The notes beneath the pieces are model-generated. The model had not been told where the DNA came from, did not search any database, and saw nothing but the letters and a program-made list of their open reading frames with translations. Below are positions 49,971 to 63,050 of a stretch of DNA of 64,000 bases, in pieces (the first letter of the stretch is position 1; each line of letters starts with the position of its first letter). The DNA is from the human T2T-CHM13v2.0 reference genome, Homo sapiens: the NCBI RefSeq assembly GCF_009914755.1, contig NC_060925.1. One strand, 5' to 3'. The position numbers and the translations under genes were made by a program.

Positions 49971-51924
49971 GTCCCCACCCTCTTGATCCTCCCTTATTGG
50001 TGCTTATCTCCAACTCTTTGCCATGTTTTATTCATCACCTAGTATAATTCTGGATTATATACATTCTCATTGTTTAATTAGGCACATGTGTTATACATCT
50101 ATGAGAACAATTAGATTGTTTTTGATCCATTAAGGGAAAGGAGAATATGCTTTATATGCAGAACATAGGAGTTATCAACCTGTTCCTTTACTCTCCTTAA
50201 TTCACTGCCTTTGTCACCAGACATGTCTTTCTTAAGCAAATCTATCCTTGTTACTTCCCCTTCTCGGAACATTCACTGGTTCCCCCTTTCTTATACCTGT
50301 TGTTTTCACATGTCTGTCTGTGGATTGCTTGAATGTAGAGTAAAATGGTCAAAATTAAGACATTGTAGTCTGTTGCATGTGTGTGCACGCACACACATGT
50401 ATATGTGTGTATATAGTTGATGTCAGATTGCCAGCTGCGCTTGCTCAAGAAATTTATTTAGAGATTATGTCCCTCTGATATTTTGGAGCATTAAACTATT
50501 ATTTTCTTTTATGAAACCATGGTGCTAGCTGATTATTTTTAAATGTTCTTCCATTCCAAAATAGATTTAACCTTATACTTTGTCAAAATGTGGGCAAGCA
50601 TATGACTTGAGAGCAATAGAACTTTTTAAGATGTCTTTTGAGCAGAGTTTATGAAGTTGCCACTCACAGAGCACGTGGAAGGCACATCATCTCCATAGTC
50701 CTGATCACATGGTGTATAATTTTGTCCTTCTGCTTAGAAGGCTTGGGTATATATGTGTTCATGGAGATAACAGCGAATGGTCTTCCAGGAATTTAGAAAG
50801 CATTGCAAAGAGGATGGGAGGGTTTATATTAGGTCCTGTGTGAATTTCCAATAAGACTGCCAGTGATAGAACAAATTAAGGTCCTAATTACCGTCAATAA
50901 TGTGCATCTACAAGACCCCATTTCATTTGGCCAACTTTTTCACTCTTAAATTTACTTGGCCTTACGTTTAGATCCAACTTGGATCTTACATTTACTTGTA
51001 GATGCATCCCCAAATCCTCTCTACCTGCTGTGGTTTTGGAAAGGAGACATTTCAAAAACCTCAAAATTGGACCTAAGTATTCTGGGCACAAATTTAAATT
51101 TAATAAATATATAACCTATCAAACCTATGTGTATTGACATTCTGTATGTGGCTCATTGTGGGTCTTCAGGAAAGTCATGCTGGCCCACTGGGGTTCAGTT
51201 TTCACCAACAGAAAAATGATAGTGGTCCAGTCTGACTTCTAAAGCCTCTTTACTTCTAACGCTGTATACCCTAAATTATTCATGCCTGGTGCATGCATAG
51301 TTTGTGGTAATATCATATTAAGGACTTTATTTTCCATTCACAGCTAGAATCTGACACACTTCAAAGTAAATAAAATGTGTGGTGTGTGTGTATGTTTAAA
51401 GCTTAAATAGAAACCACCTGTCATTTGAGTGTCTTGGAAAGACAAGTAGAGGCAGCATTTGCCTTTGTTATCAGTGACTCATGCTCCAACAGATCCAGGC
51501 TTCAGTAGCAGTTTCGTCAGTACGCTAGGAGCCATGTGCAACATGTCTAGTCTGCAGGACCCGTTTTCCTAGGAACACGTGTGCACTGCACTGAGAGTGA
51601 AGATGGAGAGATCCAAAGTGAGCCAATATTTATTTATATATTGCAGCAAGAGGTCAGAAAATAAGAATTCACAGTAATAAGATGCAGATGGGACTTGGGA
51701 TGGGTCCTTCTGGAGTCCTAAAGATAAATATTGTTTTAAAGTTGTTAACAAAGAAGGAGGTACTGTGTTAGCACTCGTATTTTTCTTCTTGAAAAGAAGG
51801 TGTTAATGTAGTATCAAGTTAAAAATCACTGAAGAGGAGGAAAAAATTGGAAAATTTGTCTTTCCTGTGAAGTGAAATAATTGTAACCATGTAGCTTCCC
51901 ATTGCTGAGCCCAAGTAGTTGAAC

Positions 51925-52160
51925 AGTGTAATGTGGGGTTAGGAGCATGGGCTTCTGGAGTCAGCAGCCTGGGTTCAAAGTCTGGCTGAGCCGCATAAAA
52001 GCTTTATGAAACATTTCAAGTCATTTACCTTTGTAAGCCTCAGTGTCCTCATCTACAAAATAAAGATGATAGTACTGGCTCATGGTAAGGATTTATAGAG
52101 GTAATAAAACCAATGCACATGTGAACACTCAAGGAATTGATAGCCATTTTTCTTATTACC
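51925..52160 (+). mobile_element. MIR
   Basis: GAGCATGGGCTTCTGGAGTCAG..CCTGGGTTCAAA...AAGCCTCAGTGTCCTCATCTACAAAAT. Confidence 0.85.
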
Positions 52161-53339
52161 TCAACCTTTAATATTAATACATATCTCAAGATCTCCCAAA
52201 TCAACCCCTTCTATATTTTTACTCCAGAAATCTATCTGTTTAAATTTTCTAGAAAGATTTACAGTGTTTCTTTTCTTCTCCTTCTCCTCTTCCTCTTCTC
52301 TTTTTCCTGATCCCTCCTCTCAGAGTAGATAAGAACGGTACTGGCCACAAGCCAGACTCCTCTTGAAAGAATATGCTTTCAGATTAGCCATGTGTCATCT
52401 GAAGTTGTGGATCTGGGGATTAGTCTTCAGTGATTACAAATCAGACAAGGGGTATTATTGTCTTATTTTCCCTCCCACCTTCTCCCCAAGCAGAGCTGCT
52501 GCCTGCTCAGGGTGGCAGCTTCAGCTGGGTCATGCCTGGTGCTTGGCATGCAGCTGCAGCAGTGAGAGCTGAGGATGCTTCAGGGTGTTTTTGATGTTGT
52601 TCTGTTTTGTTTTTGAGAAGGGCAACTTTTAGTGCATTGGAACCCAGTGTCTTGAATAACTACCTGCCTGTTAAATGCTGGTAATGTATTTTGCCCCAGA
52701 TGAAGTGCAGGTTGCTACTGAGACCATCCTTCTCTTATCTCTGCCTGTTAAATGTCTTGCCCATTCTTTGAGATTTGTTTCATATTTCTATTCCTCCATG
52801 AAGGCCTTTCTTGGTCTCTGTTCTGGACCTCCTTTCCCACTCAGTTCATGGCATGTGCTTACAGCCTGGATCCCTAGGTCTCCTTGATTAATCTGGTCAA
52901 GTATCCAGGTCTACATCATATAAACTCCTTAAAAGAATGTTTGTTGTTTATAGACTGACCCTGAACAATTTCTTTTAATTTACGTGTGTCTCGGTTTGAT
53001 AAGCATTCTCTGCTTTTAATCTAATCTAACCCTGATGCTTAACTAATTAATTTCATCCTTCCCGGCTTCTTATTCTGACCACAACAGGGCCTGGTCTCAT
53101 GTAAATGAAGGACAAAGAGGAAAGAGGTTCATGGGACTATTTTAACTGATGGGTGTTACCTTCATTTATTTGTATTATAGTGACAAGTGTATTTATCCTA
53201 TTTCTTTCTTGTAAGCATGATTCCAGGGATTTGTTTTTCTATGTAAAATGGGGCTTTGAACATAGGAGGTGCTCAAATGGTTAATAATTGGAATAGATAC
53301 ACTAATTATCAGTTTAGAAGAGTGATACTAATGCAGTCC

Positions 53340-53366
53340 TGTGTGTGTGTGTGTGTGTGTGTGTGT
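53340..53366. repeat. (TG)n microsatellite
   Basis: Directly visible. Confidence 0.95.
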
Positions 53367-53724
53367 TGCATACCCAAAAAGAAGAGGAGGAGGAATAGGA
53401 CAATGACAGCAGGCTCAACCATAGGTTACATTTTGAAATTTTTCTTTTTTCCCTTCTTTTTCACTTTCCCTTTCTATAGGAAGTCAGGATTCAAGACCAG
53501 ATGTTTAATTTTAGCACCAAGGTTGGTTTCTATGAATCATTGCTCTATTAAAACCTATTCTAACCAAAATATCTCAATGTTATTTAGAAGTTGGTGTGAC
53601 TTTTTAAAAAATTTACCTCTTGCAGAGATATTTATATTTTAATTTTTTTCCATTTTTAGAAATACATTCCTATTACTACTGGTACTGGGCATTATTGGGG
53701 GTAGAAAATATCCAATGTCACGTA

Positions 53725-53886
53725 ATAATAGTTCCCCAGTCTTGTCTATCACCAGAGTCACATGGGAGCTCCTATTCCTGAGCCCATCCCTGGAGATTCT
53801 GAGTCAGGATATCTGCAGGAACTGGAAATTTGTAACTTTAAAAAGCTTCCAAAGTGTGGCTAATGAGCAATGGATGTAGGAACTGG
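53725..53886. mobile_element. MER5-type MITE
   Basis: AGAGTCACATGGGAGCT...ATTCCTGAGCCCATCCCTGGAGATTCTGAGTCAG. Confidence 0.6.
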
Positions 53887-54236
53887 GGTGAAAAGATCAG
53901 GTCCTATTCATTAGGAGTTTATAAGCTGCTCGGGAAGATCAAATCATGAGAAATGCTAACTCACAAGCTTGAATTATGTTATGAAATGCCTTACATATTT
54001 AACCTGCTTAGCTATGTGTGAAGCATTTCATAAAGGGAAATTTCACATAGCCCATCCCTCCTACAAGGTAGGTAAAGCAATTGTTTTTATTCACTTTTTT
54101 CTTAAGGGGGTATTGAGGCAAAGACATTAACTGACTTACTTAGAAACTCAAAGTCCTGACTGAGCCCAGCTTCAAACAGTACATATCCTACGCCCTTAAT
54201 TGTACAAATGGACTCACTGGTTCAAGGTATTTTTTT

Positions 54237-54491
<255 letters not shown>

Positions 54492-55369
54492 CATGGTATT
54501 TTTTTGTAGTGAAGCAAATATCTACAACAGCAAGTAGAGAGAATTAGGGGGTATATCTACAAGTCAGATGAGACTGATGATTCAGAGACACATCTGTAAC
54601 CATGTGTTTTCCTCTTTAAGTATCCAGGAAGTGTGGTTTCACTTCTATTTATTTTGGGGTCTGTAAAATTACATACACATTTACTGATAGGAGTAGCCAA
54701 GTCTTATTATTGTTGCTGTTTATTTTAATTTTCTTTTAAGAAGCTAAGGTGGAGAGAAGTGACTACCTATCCTACCATGTCAGTACCCAACATGCTGTTT
54801 CCCGAAGCTACATGTGCTCAGCCTCACCAATCTCTCACTGTCCCAGACCTTCATGTTAGTGTCTGTAGAGACCCCATTAAGGTTGAGATGATAGGCATAA
54901 GATGGTAGACATAGGAATGCCTATTATCAGAAGTCTTTATAAGGTTTCATAAGATGATAGACATAGACATTTCATAGGATAGAAAAAGAGATCCACATGA
55001 GACTATGGCAGAGGGCAGACTTGAAATGAAAAATTTTTAAAGCTGTGCATCTGGACCATGTTTCTTAAATTCTGTGCATGTAGCAAGACACCTGTAGAAT
55101 ATTGTCCTGGTTCATTAGATCACATTATTCGGATTCAATCTTAACATGTTCTGTTTCAGTTCTAACAGACTGCTTGTAATTCTCACAATCTTCTTACTTT
55201 TTTGTCCACCCTTGCCTTGGCTCCTTGTACCTATACTAATGGAAATAATCTTTGTTCATGCTTCTTGGATCACCTTTCCTAACTTTATAATACCTAATGA
55301 AGACTTTCCTCAAGCATCATTTATTGTTACAAAACCTTTCTGAGCAACATCCCACCCAAATACAACTGG

Positions 55370-56325
55370 TCATTCTCTCCTCTTCCCCATCTTAGTAAAT
55401 GCCAACTTTGTCCTTTCAGTTGCTCTAACCAAACTTTTTTTATTCATTCCTGATTTCTCTCCATTTTTCATATTCCACTTTCAATCACCAACTATTCTAT
55501 TATCTCTACTGTCAGAATATGTCTCAGATATAATCACTCCTCACCTTCTCCAAATCTTTCACTCTGATCTAAGGCACAATATACACACATATGTTTATTT
55601 TAATAGCCTCCTAATTATCTTCTCTGTTCCCATTTTAGCCCCATTTCTATGAGTTACCTACATGACAAGCAGGGTGACCCTTTCAAAATTTAAGGCAGAT
55701 CATGTCACATATTTTCAATATACTTGAATGGCTTCCATCACACTCAGAAAAAGACCCAGACTCCTAACCATTATGTCTGCAAGGCCCTATATAACCTAAG
55801 GCCCCACTACAACTCCAGTTTCCACTTCTGCTTCTCTCCAACCACATGAGGGTTTTGCTGTTTCCTGTACCTTTAAGTATTTTCTTGTCTAAGGGTCTTT
55901 GCGCTTACTCTTACCCTTGCCTGAAACCCTCTTCCCCTGATAACTACATAGTAGGTCTCTACTCAGATATCACCTAAAAAGTCTTTCTTGAGCATACAAC
56001 CTAAAATAGCGATCACTACCTCAAAACTCCCTATCTACCTGAATCTGCTTTTTCCTATTCGTAATACTTCTCTCCATCTGACACAAGATGTTTATTTGTA
56101 CATCATCTGTCTTTCCATATACAGCAGGAATTTTGTTTGTTACTATGTCTTTAACACTCAGTGTGATGTCTATGTGATCAATAAATTAATAACATCCAAT
56201 ATAGCAATTTATTGTAGATATTTCTTTATATATTTGTTTTATCTTAATTATACAAGAATTCTTAATTATTTTTATCTTCAATATCTGGTACATAGTAGGT
56301 ACTCAATAAATGTTTTGATTCATGC
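55370..56325 (+). mobile_element. L2 3' region
   Basis: CTCTTCCCCATCTTAGTAAATG...AATAGCCTCCTAA...AATGGCTTCCATCACACTCAGA...CATAGTAGGTACTCAATAAATG. Confidence 0.85.
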
Positions 56326-56767
56326 ATGACTACATAGCGCTTTTTATGAAGCACCACGCAATGCTGAAATACTTAATTGCTAATTTTACTAGCAGAATAT
56401 ATAACTTTATTCATACAGTATAAAATCACAAAAGCAAACATACATCACTAAAAAATGAGCTGTTGTAACTAACAACCAGCTGTTTCTAAGTGTTATGCTA
56501 AAGCGTATTTATTTCTTCATTTGTTTGGATCTGTGCACTCTAACCTATAGAAAAGCCATCATATATACCAAAAGCTTAAGCAAATGTATGGAAAATTTGG
56601 GGAAATTTTGTAACATTTTCTCGTCACAATTACTTATCTTCTTAGTGGTCAAAAACTCAAAATCTCACTCTATTGAAACACTCTAAGACATGAGAGTATA
56701 TAATTAAACTTCACTGTTTTAGACCAATAAACCCAGTCTGTTTAAATTGCCAATTGGTTCATTTAAG

Positions 56768-57020
56768 GCAGCATAGTACAGTGGTTTAAGAGTCCAAACT
56801 CTGCATTCAGACTGTATATTTTTAAATTCTAGCTTGAAAAATTACTAGTTATGCAAACTCAGGCAAGTTCTCAACCTTTCTTTTCTTGTATGTAAATAGG
56901 GGTAATAATATCCCTAGCTCATGGTGTTAATGAAAGTATTTATGATGTAACCATAAAACCCATAGAATAGTGCCTTATAAATAGTAGGAGCTCAATCTTA
57001 GCTATTGTTACTGTTATTAT
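56768..57020 (+). mobile_element. MIR
   Basis: GGCAGCATAGTACAGTGGTTTAAGAG...GGCAAGTT...TGTAAATAGGGGTAATAATA. Confidence 0.8.
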
Positions 57021-60000
57021 AAAATATAGTTTTTATTACATTTAATTGTATATAATAACTCTTAACAAGGTTATTTCCTAATACGCTCTGCCAATCTTGA
57101 CTCAAAGAATAAATAAGAATTATTTATGATTAAATCCATCTCTATAAAAATAATTCATGTGTTGAGGTTCATACCTTCTCTTAAGTTTAAAATGCTTTGC
57201 CTGTCGCATCCTCAGCTCAGCTCAAGATGAGTTATTGTACATGATTCATGAGAAAACTCCAAATTAAGTTTTATTTTGTACTCCCTGCTGAAGACTGAAG
57301 AGTGATTACCTTCGTAATACATGGCATCAAATGTGAGTTAGGTCTTGATTTATTTAACAATTCACCACTAAAAAAGAAGACTGGATACTTTCACCAAATT
57401 TTACTTCAACAAATGAAGACAAAGGACACTAATTAGGATTTGCTTCACAAATTGTTACTGTTTATTTTCTTTTAAGAAGCTAAGGTGGTACTTTGGCATC
57501 AGGAAAATTATACAAAAAGAAAAGGAGAGGCATTGAACTATATCTCTGAGACAAAGATGATGGATTCTAAGTATCTTACCTCACAAAAAGAAGGGACTGC
57601 CTAGTTAGTGGTGATAACAGGATCAGTCAGAATCCATGTCTTCCACAGTCTACTCAATGCACTTTCCATTCTGCCATGCTTTTAGAGCTGGGAAAGAGGT
57701 TGGTTGTGGGTTATCTGGAAATTTGGGAAAAGGTCATCTTGATTTTAAAAGGGCTCATAAATTCTGAATGAGACTAAGTGGACTAGAATAGTAATGGGAT
57801 AGATAATGTAAAACATTATTTGTATAACATTGCCTCTGAAAATGAAAACCTTTGCTCAGAAGTATTTGTTCTCAGAGGAAGTGGCCAGATGAACTGGTGA
57901 ATGAAGGTAGAAGAACCTTACTGTCAGCATCCCTACCAGGGATACTTTGTATGAAAACAGGTCAGGTCTTAGCACCACAAATATGAATGGAGAGTCATTG
58001 CTCTCTGGATGATCTGAGGAAAGCCATTTTGATTAAGTTTTTGATTAAGTGAGAGGAAAATACACTTCAGTGGCTGAAGATGATTTTTTTTTTTTGTAAA
58101 GGGCTTTGCCAATTTATGTCAGTGGAAAAGGAGTTAACAGTTTCCAGTCAAAGATGTAGGAAGTAATTAGAGTCATCAGTGCATGAAATAAACATCATAA
58201 TTATATTAGAAATAATTGATAATTGATTCATAAATATCTGAATTACACATGGCTTTTTTTAGATGCTGCCTAAAAACTATTTATCAATGAGAATGTGAGA
58301 CAAATATGCCTATAAGTATATCAAAGTATATGGTTCTTCAGAAAGATGATCCACCTTGAACAATTTAGGATTTTGTTAAGATAAATTAGCCCCAGATTCT
58401 CATTCTTAAATCCTTAGATCTTTGTTTAACAGAGGGGCAACAAGATGCTGTATGCTAGGAAAAAAAAAAAGAAGCAACATAATCTACAGGCATATGTTGC
58501 TTTTAAAGCAAACTCAACTTAAATTTGGATTTGTACAAAAATTAGATGATTTTATTTCACACATATTTATAACATTTTTATATATATCAAATCTCTGATG
58601 TGTTTGACATCAATGGATTGATAAATATCTGAATTACACATGGCTTTTTAGATACCACCTACAAAGTATTTCTCAAGGAGAAAGTGAGATATGTCTATGC
58701 TATATAAATAAAAAATTCAGCTGTAATAGTAAGTCAGAAAAGTTTACGTGGTTTTGATGAGACTGAAAGATGGAATTGTGCAAGAGATGAGCCATTAGCG
58801 CTTTTCCTAGTAGTAGGAAAGTTGGGATACATCTAAAATATTCTCAAAGTGTAGTCTATGTAATGTTTGCACTGGAAAATTTTAAAGTGCTTATTATAAA
58901 TTCAGATTCACCCCATCCTACTGAGTCTTGGGGAGTAGGCCCCAATAACTGCATTGCACTTACTTCCTTAGTTTGCTCTTACGCACTTTCGTTCTTGTCA
59001 ACTACTGGGATTAACTATTTGCTCAAAGGCTGGTTTCACCTTTGCAGAAATTCATGATCCTCATTTTTATTTTCATAAAAAAATACAAGTTCCTTAGTTC
59101 ATAAACATTCAAGCACAATCCTTTAAGCCCAAATACCCTTTCATTAGGTAAACTTAAGAGGAAACTCTTTTGCAGCCTCAGCTGTGCTTCATTTTACATC
59201 CTTGGATAAGCCTTCCTATTCCCCATTTATTTCCCTCCTACATCCGAATTAGTAGTGTCCTTCTTCTGCATACTCCTTAGTCACTTCGTATTGCATTTGT
59301 TCACATAGCTTGCTCCTGTCTGCATCACTGATTATCAGCCCCATGAAGGGAGGAATGTTATTCATCTTTGATGCCGTCTCTCCTAGTACAGTAGTCAACA
59401 CATAATACCTGCTCAATAAATTTTTGTTGCATGGCTTTAGCTTTGGTTCATAAAGGTTAATGTTTCATCTCTATGGTGAACTAAAAGTTGTACTTGGCTA
59501 AACTTGGGACATTTTTGCTGAAGAGTCTAGTTCCAACAGGAAGCCAGTGATTCCCAAGAAATGCATTTGAGGTAAATTAGTAAGTAGAATCCTTAGAGGT
59601 CTGTTTTGTTGGTGTTGTTGCTTTTATTTATCTTTGAAATGGTACCAGAGGCTTGTCTGATTAAAGTGAAATTGTTGGTTTGGTGTCTACTTCCAATTAG
59701 ACTATAAGCTTCTTGAATTTATGAATTGTATCTCAATAATCTCCATATTTTCAATACCTATATCTAGTATAGGTGCTAAAAAGAAATAAAGTTTAAATTA
59801 AGCTGAATGTTAGTAAGCATCAGCCATAGCCCTTGAAGATAATAAATGCTTATCAGATGCTGTTTGGATTCTCCAATACCTAGATAAATAAATTTATGTT
59901 CCTCAAAGAGAAGCAAATCTCTGAATCTTTAAGTTGGAAAGGACTTCACAGGTTATCCATTCCATTGCCTAACAGTGCAAATATCTCTTCTGTAGCCCCT

Positions 60001-61127
60001 GTTAAAAATCCTCTAACCCATGTTAAAATTTCTCTAGCTCCAGGAAGCTCAGTAACACCAAATGCAAACAAGGACATTTAAACTGATCTAAATGTTCACA
60101 AGTTGGGTTTTTTCTTCTTTTTTTCATGAACTAGAATCACTCAGGTCAATACTGTACTATGTTAGCTTCCTTAGCAGGTTGTAATTTTCAAGGATTCCCA
60201 TATTGGTATACATCTAGGGATATCTGAAACTTGACAGTAATTTTAACAGGTTAATGCACTATGTTTAATTAACAGAGAACAGCTTTAAGATAGTGGTAGG
60301 TATATGAAGCAAGCAAAACCTTCTTCCCTGTAGCCAAATTTCTGTGCTCCTGGGTATTATTCAGCAAATATGATAGATGAACATGTGGGGATTTCTTTCC
60401 TGGTGCTTAGTGTTTTCCTGACACCAGTGCTGTGTTGACCTTTCTTCATGCCCTTCTCAAATGTTTCACACAACTATAGACTGGCAGCTAAGTATACCAC
60501 CCTTCTCCCTCAAAACAAAAAGAAAGAACAAGCATTGTAAATTCTTACTCTTTCCCTTGAACTGAATTCAGGCAACATTTCTACCTGGAAGTCTTCCTTG
60601 AACTATGTTCCAGTCACATGTGTGTTTTCTTCCATTATCATAATTATTTCTTCCCTCTGGGTCTATCTCCTGCTCTGTGCCTTTACCTCTGGTCACAGGA
60701 TGATTTTCTATCTTGGCTGGAGGCCTTTCCTTATTAATCATTTCACATGTGCCCTTCTCTATGGTGCTTCTTGCATTCTTAGCCATGTTCTAGTTTGTTT
60801 TGTTCTGTTTTATTGTTTTTGACAGTCCTCTATAATCTTACATTTGTTTTGTGCTGAACTCTACATTCCTGAGACTTTGATCCACTGTTTTTGTATCTGC
60901 CTTAAGTTTAATGTCTATTAGGCCTTCCCTCATGGAGTCTGAGACTTTACTTTTGTGCTGTGACATGTCAGAACGTTTCCTTCTGCATGGAATAGGTCTA
61001 GGATATCAAGTTATGCTAACTTTGGATCTGCAGATTTTAAAGTCCGTGAGAAAGCAGGGTGACTCTTTAAGCCCTCCCACTATGGGCAGTGCTATTTTGA
61101 GAAAAATTAAAAAGAGCTTTGGAGTTT

Positions 61128-61347
61128 GTGTGTGTGTGTGTGTGTGTGTGTTTTGTTTTGTTTTTGTTTTTTGTTATTTTACACCCAGCTAATTTTTGTG
61201 GTTTTTTGTTTTGTTTTGTTTTGTTTCAGTAGAAACAGGGTTTCGTCGTGTTGGCGAGGCTGGTCTTGAGCTCCTGACCTCAGGTGATCCACCCACCTTG
61301 GCCTCCCAAAGTGCTGAGATTACAAGCATGAGACACTGTGCCAGGCC
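61128..61347 (-). mobile_element. Alu lacking most of its right monomer; (TG)n in tail; perfect 16-bp TSD
   Basis: Left monomer 61227-61347; TSD AAGAGCTTTGGAGTTT at 61112-61127 and 61348-61363. Confidence 0.92.
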
Positions 61348-61469
61348 AAGAGCTTTGGAGTTTTCTAAGGAATCCAGTGAATACCAAGTTCCATGCTTAT
61401 GAAAGAGTATGTGTTAGAGAAATTCCAAGTTTAATACTGTCTCCAAGTGCTCTGCGAAAATAATTTAGT

Positions 61470-63050
61470 GATTTTCTGTCTAATTGATTTACCAATTCTT
61501 GAGAAAGAGGTCTTAAAGTCTCCAACTACAATTGTGGATTTGTCTTTTTCTTCTTTCCGTTCTATCAATTTTTGTTGCACATATTCTGCAGCTCTATTGT
61601 TTAGTGCCTAAACATTAAGAATTGCTAATGTCTCTTTTATCATTATATAATTTTGCTTTATGCCTTCAGCAATTTTTCTTGTTCTGATGTCTACATTATC
61701 TGATACTAAGTTAGTCCTTTTTTCCCATGATCAATGTCTTCATAATATATTTTCCCATGTTTTGCCTTCAATTTGCCTAGGTTATTATATTTGAAGTGAG
61801 TTTCTTGTACACATTATATAGATGGGTCATATTTTTAAATCCCCTTGACCAATCTTTATCTTTTAGTTGGTATATTTAGGACACTTACTTACACTTAATA
61901 TAACTGATTAGAGTTTAACTATGGCAATTTTTGTTCCTTTTCTGTTTCCTCATTTCCGTTTTCTCTTTCCTGCCTTCCTGAAGGTTACTTGAACATGTTT
62001 TTTCAGAATTATATAATGTTTTTAAGTGTATCTCATTGTATAGAATTTCTAGTGGCTGCTCTAGATATTACATCATATTTACATAACTTATTACTGTATA
62101 CCAATGTCTTCATTTTACCAATTTGAGTAAAGTATAAAACCTTACTTTCCTTTATGCCCTTTAATCCTTCCCAATTTGTGATACAATTGTTTTAAATATT
62201 TCCTCTATATGCTTTTAGCACCACATCAGAAAGTATTATAATTTTTGCATAAACAACCAAAAATAATTTATAAAGCTCAAGAGAAGATGGAAAGCCTATT
62301 ATATTTACCCATATTTTTGTTTACTGTGCTATTTTCTTCTTTCCTAATGTTCTACATTTTCTTCTTTTATTTTTTCCTTCTATTTAGAGCATCTCCTTTA
62401 GCTATTTTTTTAGAGTAGGTCTGCTGGTGATAAATTCTTACTTTTCTTTCATCAAAGAATGTCTTGATTTTCATTCATTTCTTCAGGATGTGCTCACTGG
62501 GTAGTAAATTCTGAGTTGATGGTAGTTTTTTGTTGTTGTTTAGTTTGTCTTGGCACTTAAAAGATATTGTCCTGCTTTCCTCTAGTCTCCACAGTGTCTG
62601 ATAAGAAATCTGCTGTCATTAGAATTGTTTCTTTCCTACAATTATCATGTCATTTTTTTCTGTTTTCTTTTAAGAATTTATTATTTGTATTTAATTTTCA
62701 GAATTTCAATCACAGCATATATCATTTCTTTGGGTTTATCCTTTTTAGAGTTTGCTCAGTTTCTTGAATCTGTAAGTTTGTGTATCTTGACAAATGTAGA
62801 AAATTTTAAGCCCTTATTTCTTCATCTACTTTTTCAGCTATGCCTTCTTTCTTCTCTCCTTCTGAGACTCCAAATGATAACTATTTTGTTATAGTCTCAC
62901 ATGTCCTTAAGGCTCTGTTCATTTTTTTTTTCTCAGTCTATTTTCTCTATTTTCTGATTTGGTAATTTCTATTGTTTTATCTTCTGGTTCACTGATTCTT
63001 TTCTGTTATTGAGCCATCCACTGAGCTTTTTATTTCAGATTATATTATTC
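61470..63050 (-). mobile_element. Old L1M (MC/MD/ME-like) fragment
   Basis: AAGTCTCCAACTACAATTGTGGATTTGTC, TTGAAGTGAGTTTCTTGTA, AGGTCTGCTGGTGATAAATTC, TCTGATAAGAAATCTGCTGTCATT. Confidence 0.85.

Noticed and set aside
58472-58502. 10-bp hairpin AAGCAACATA/TATGTTGCTT
   Set aside because: Too short and AT-rich to exceed chance expectation.
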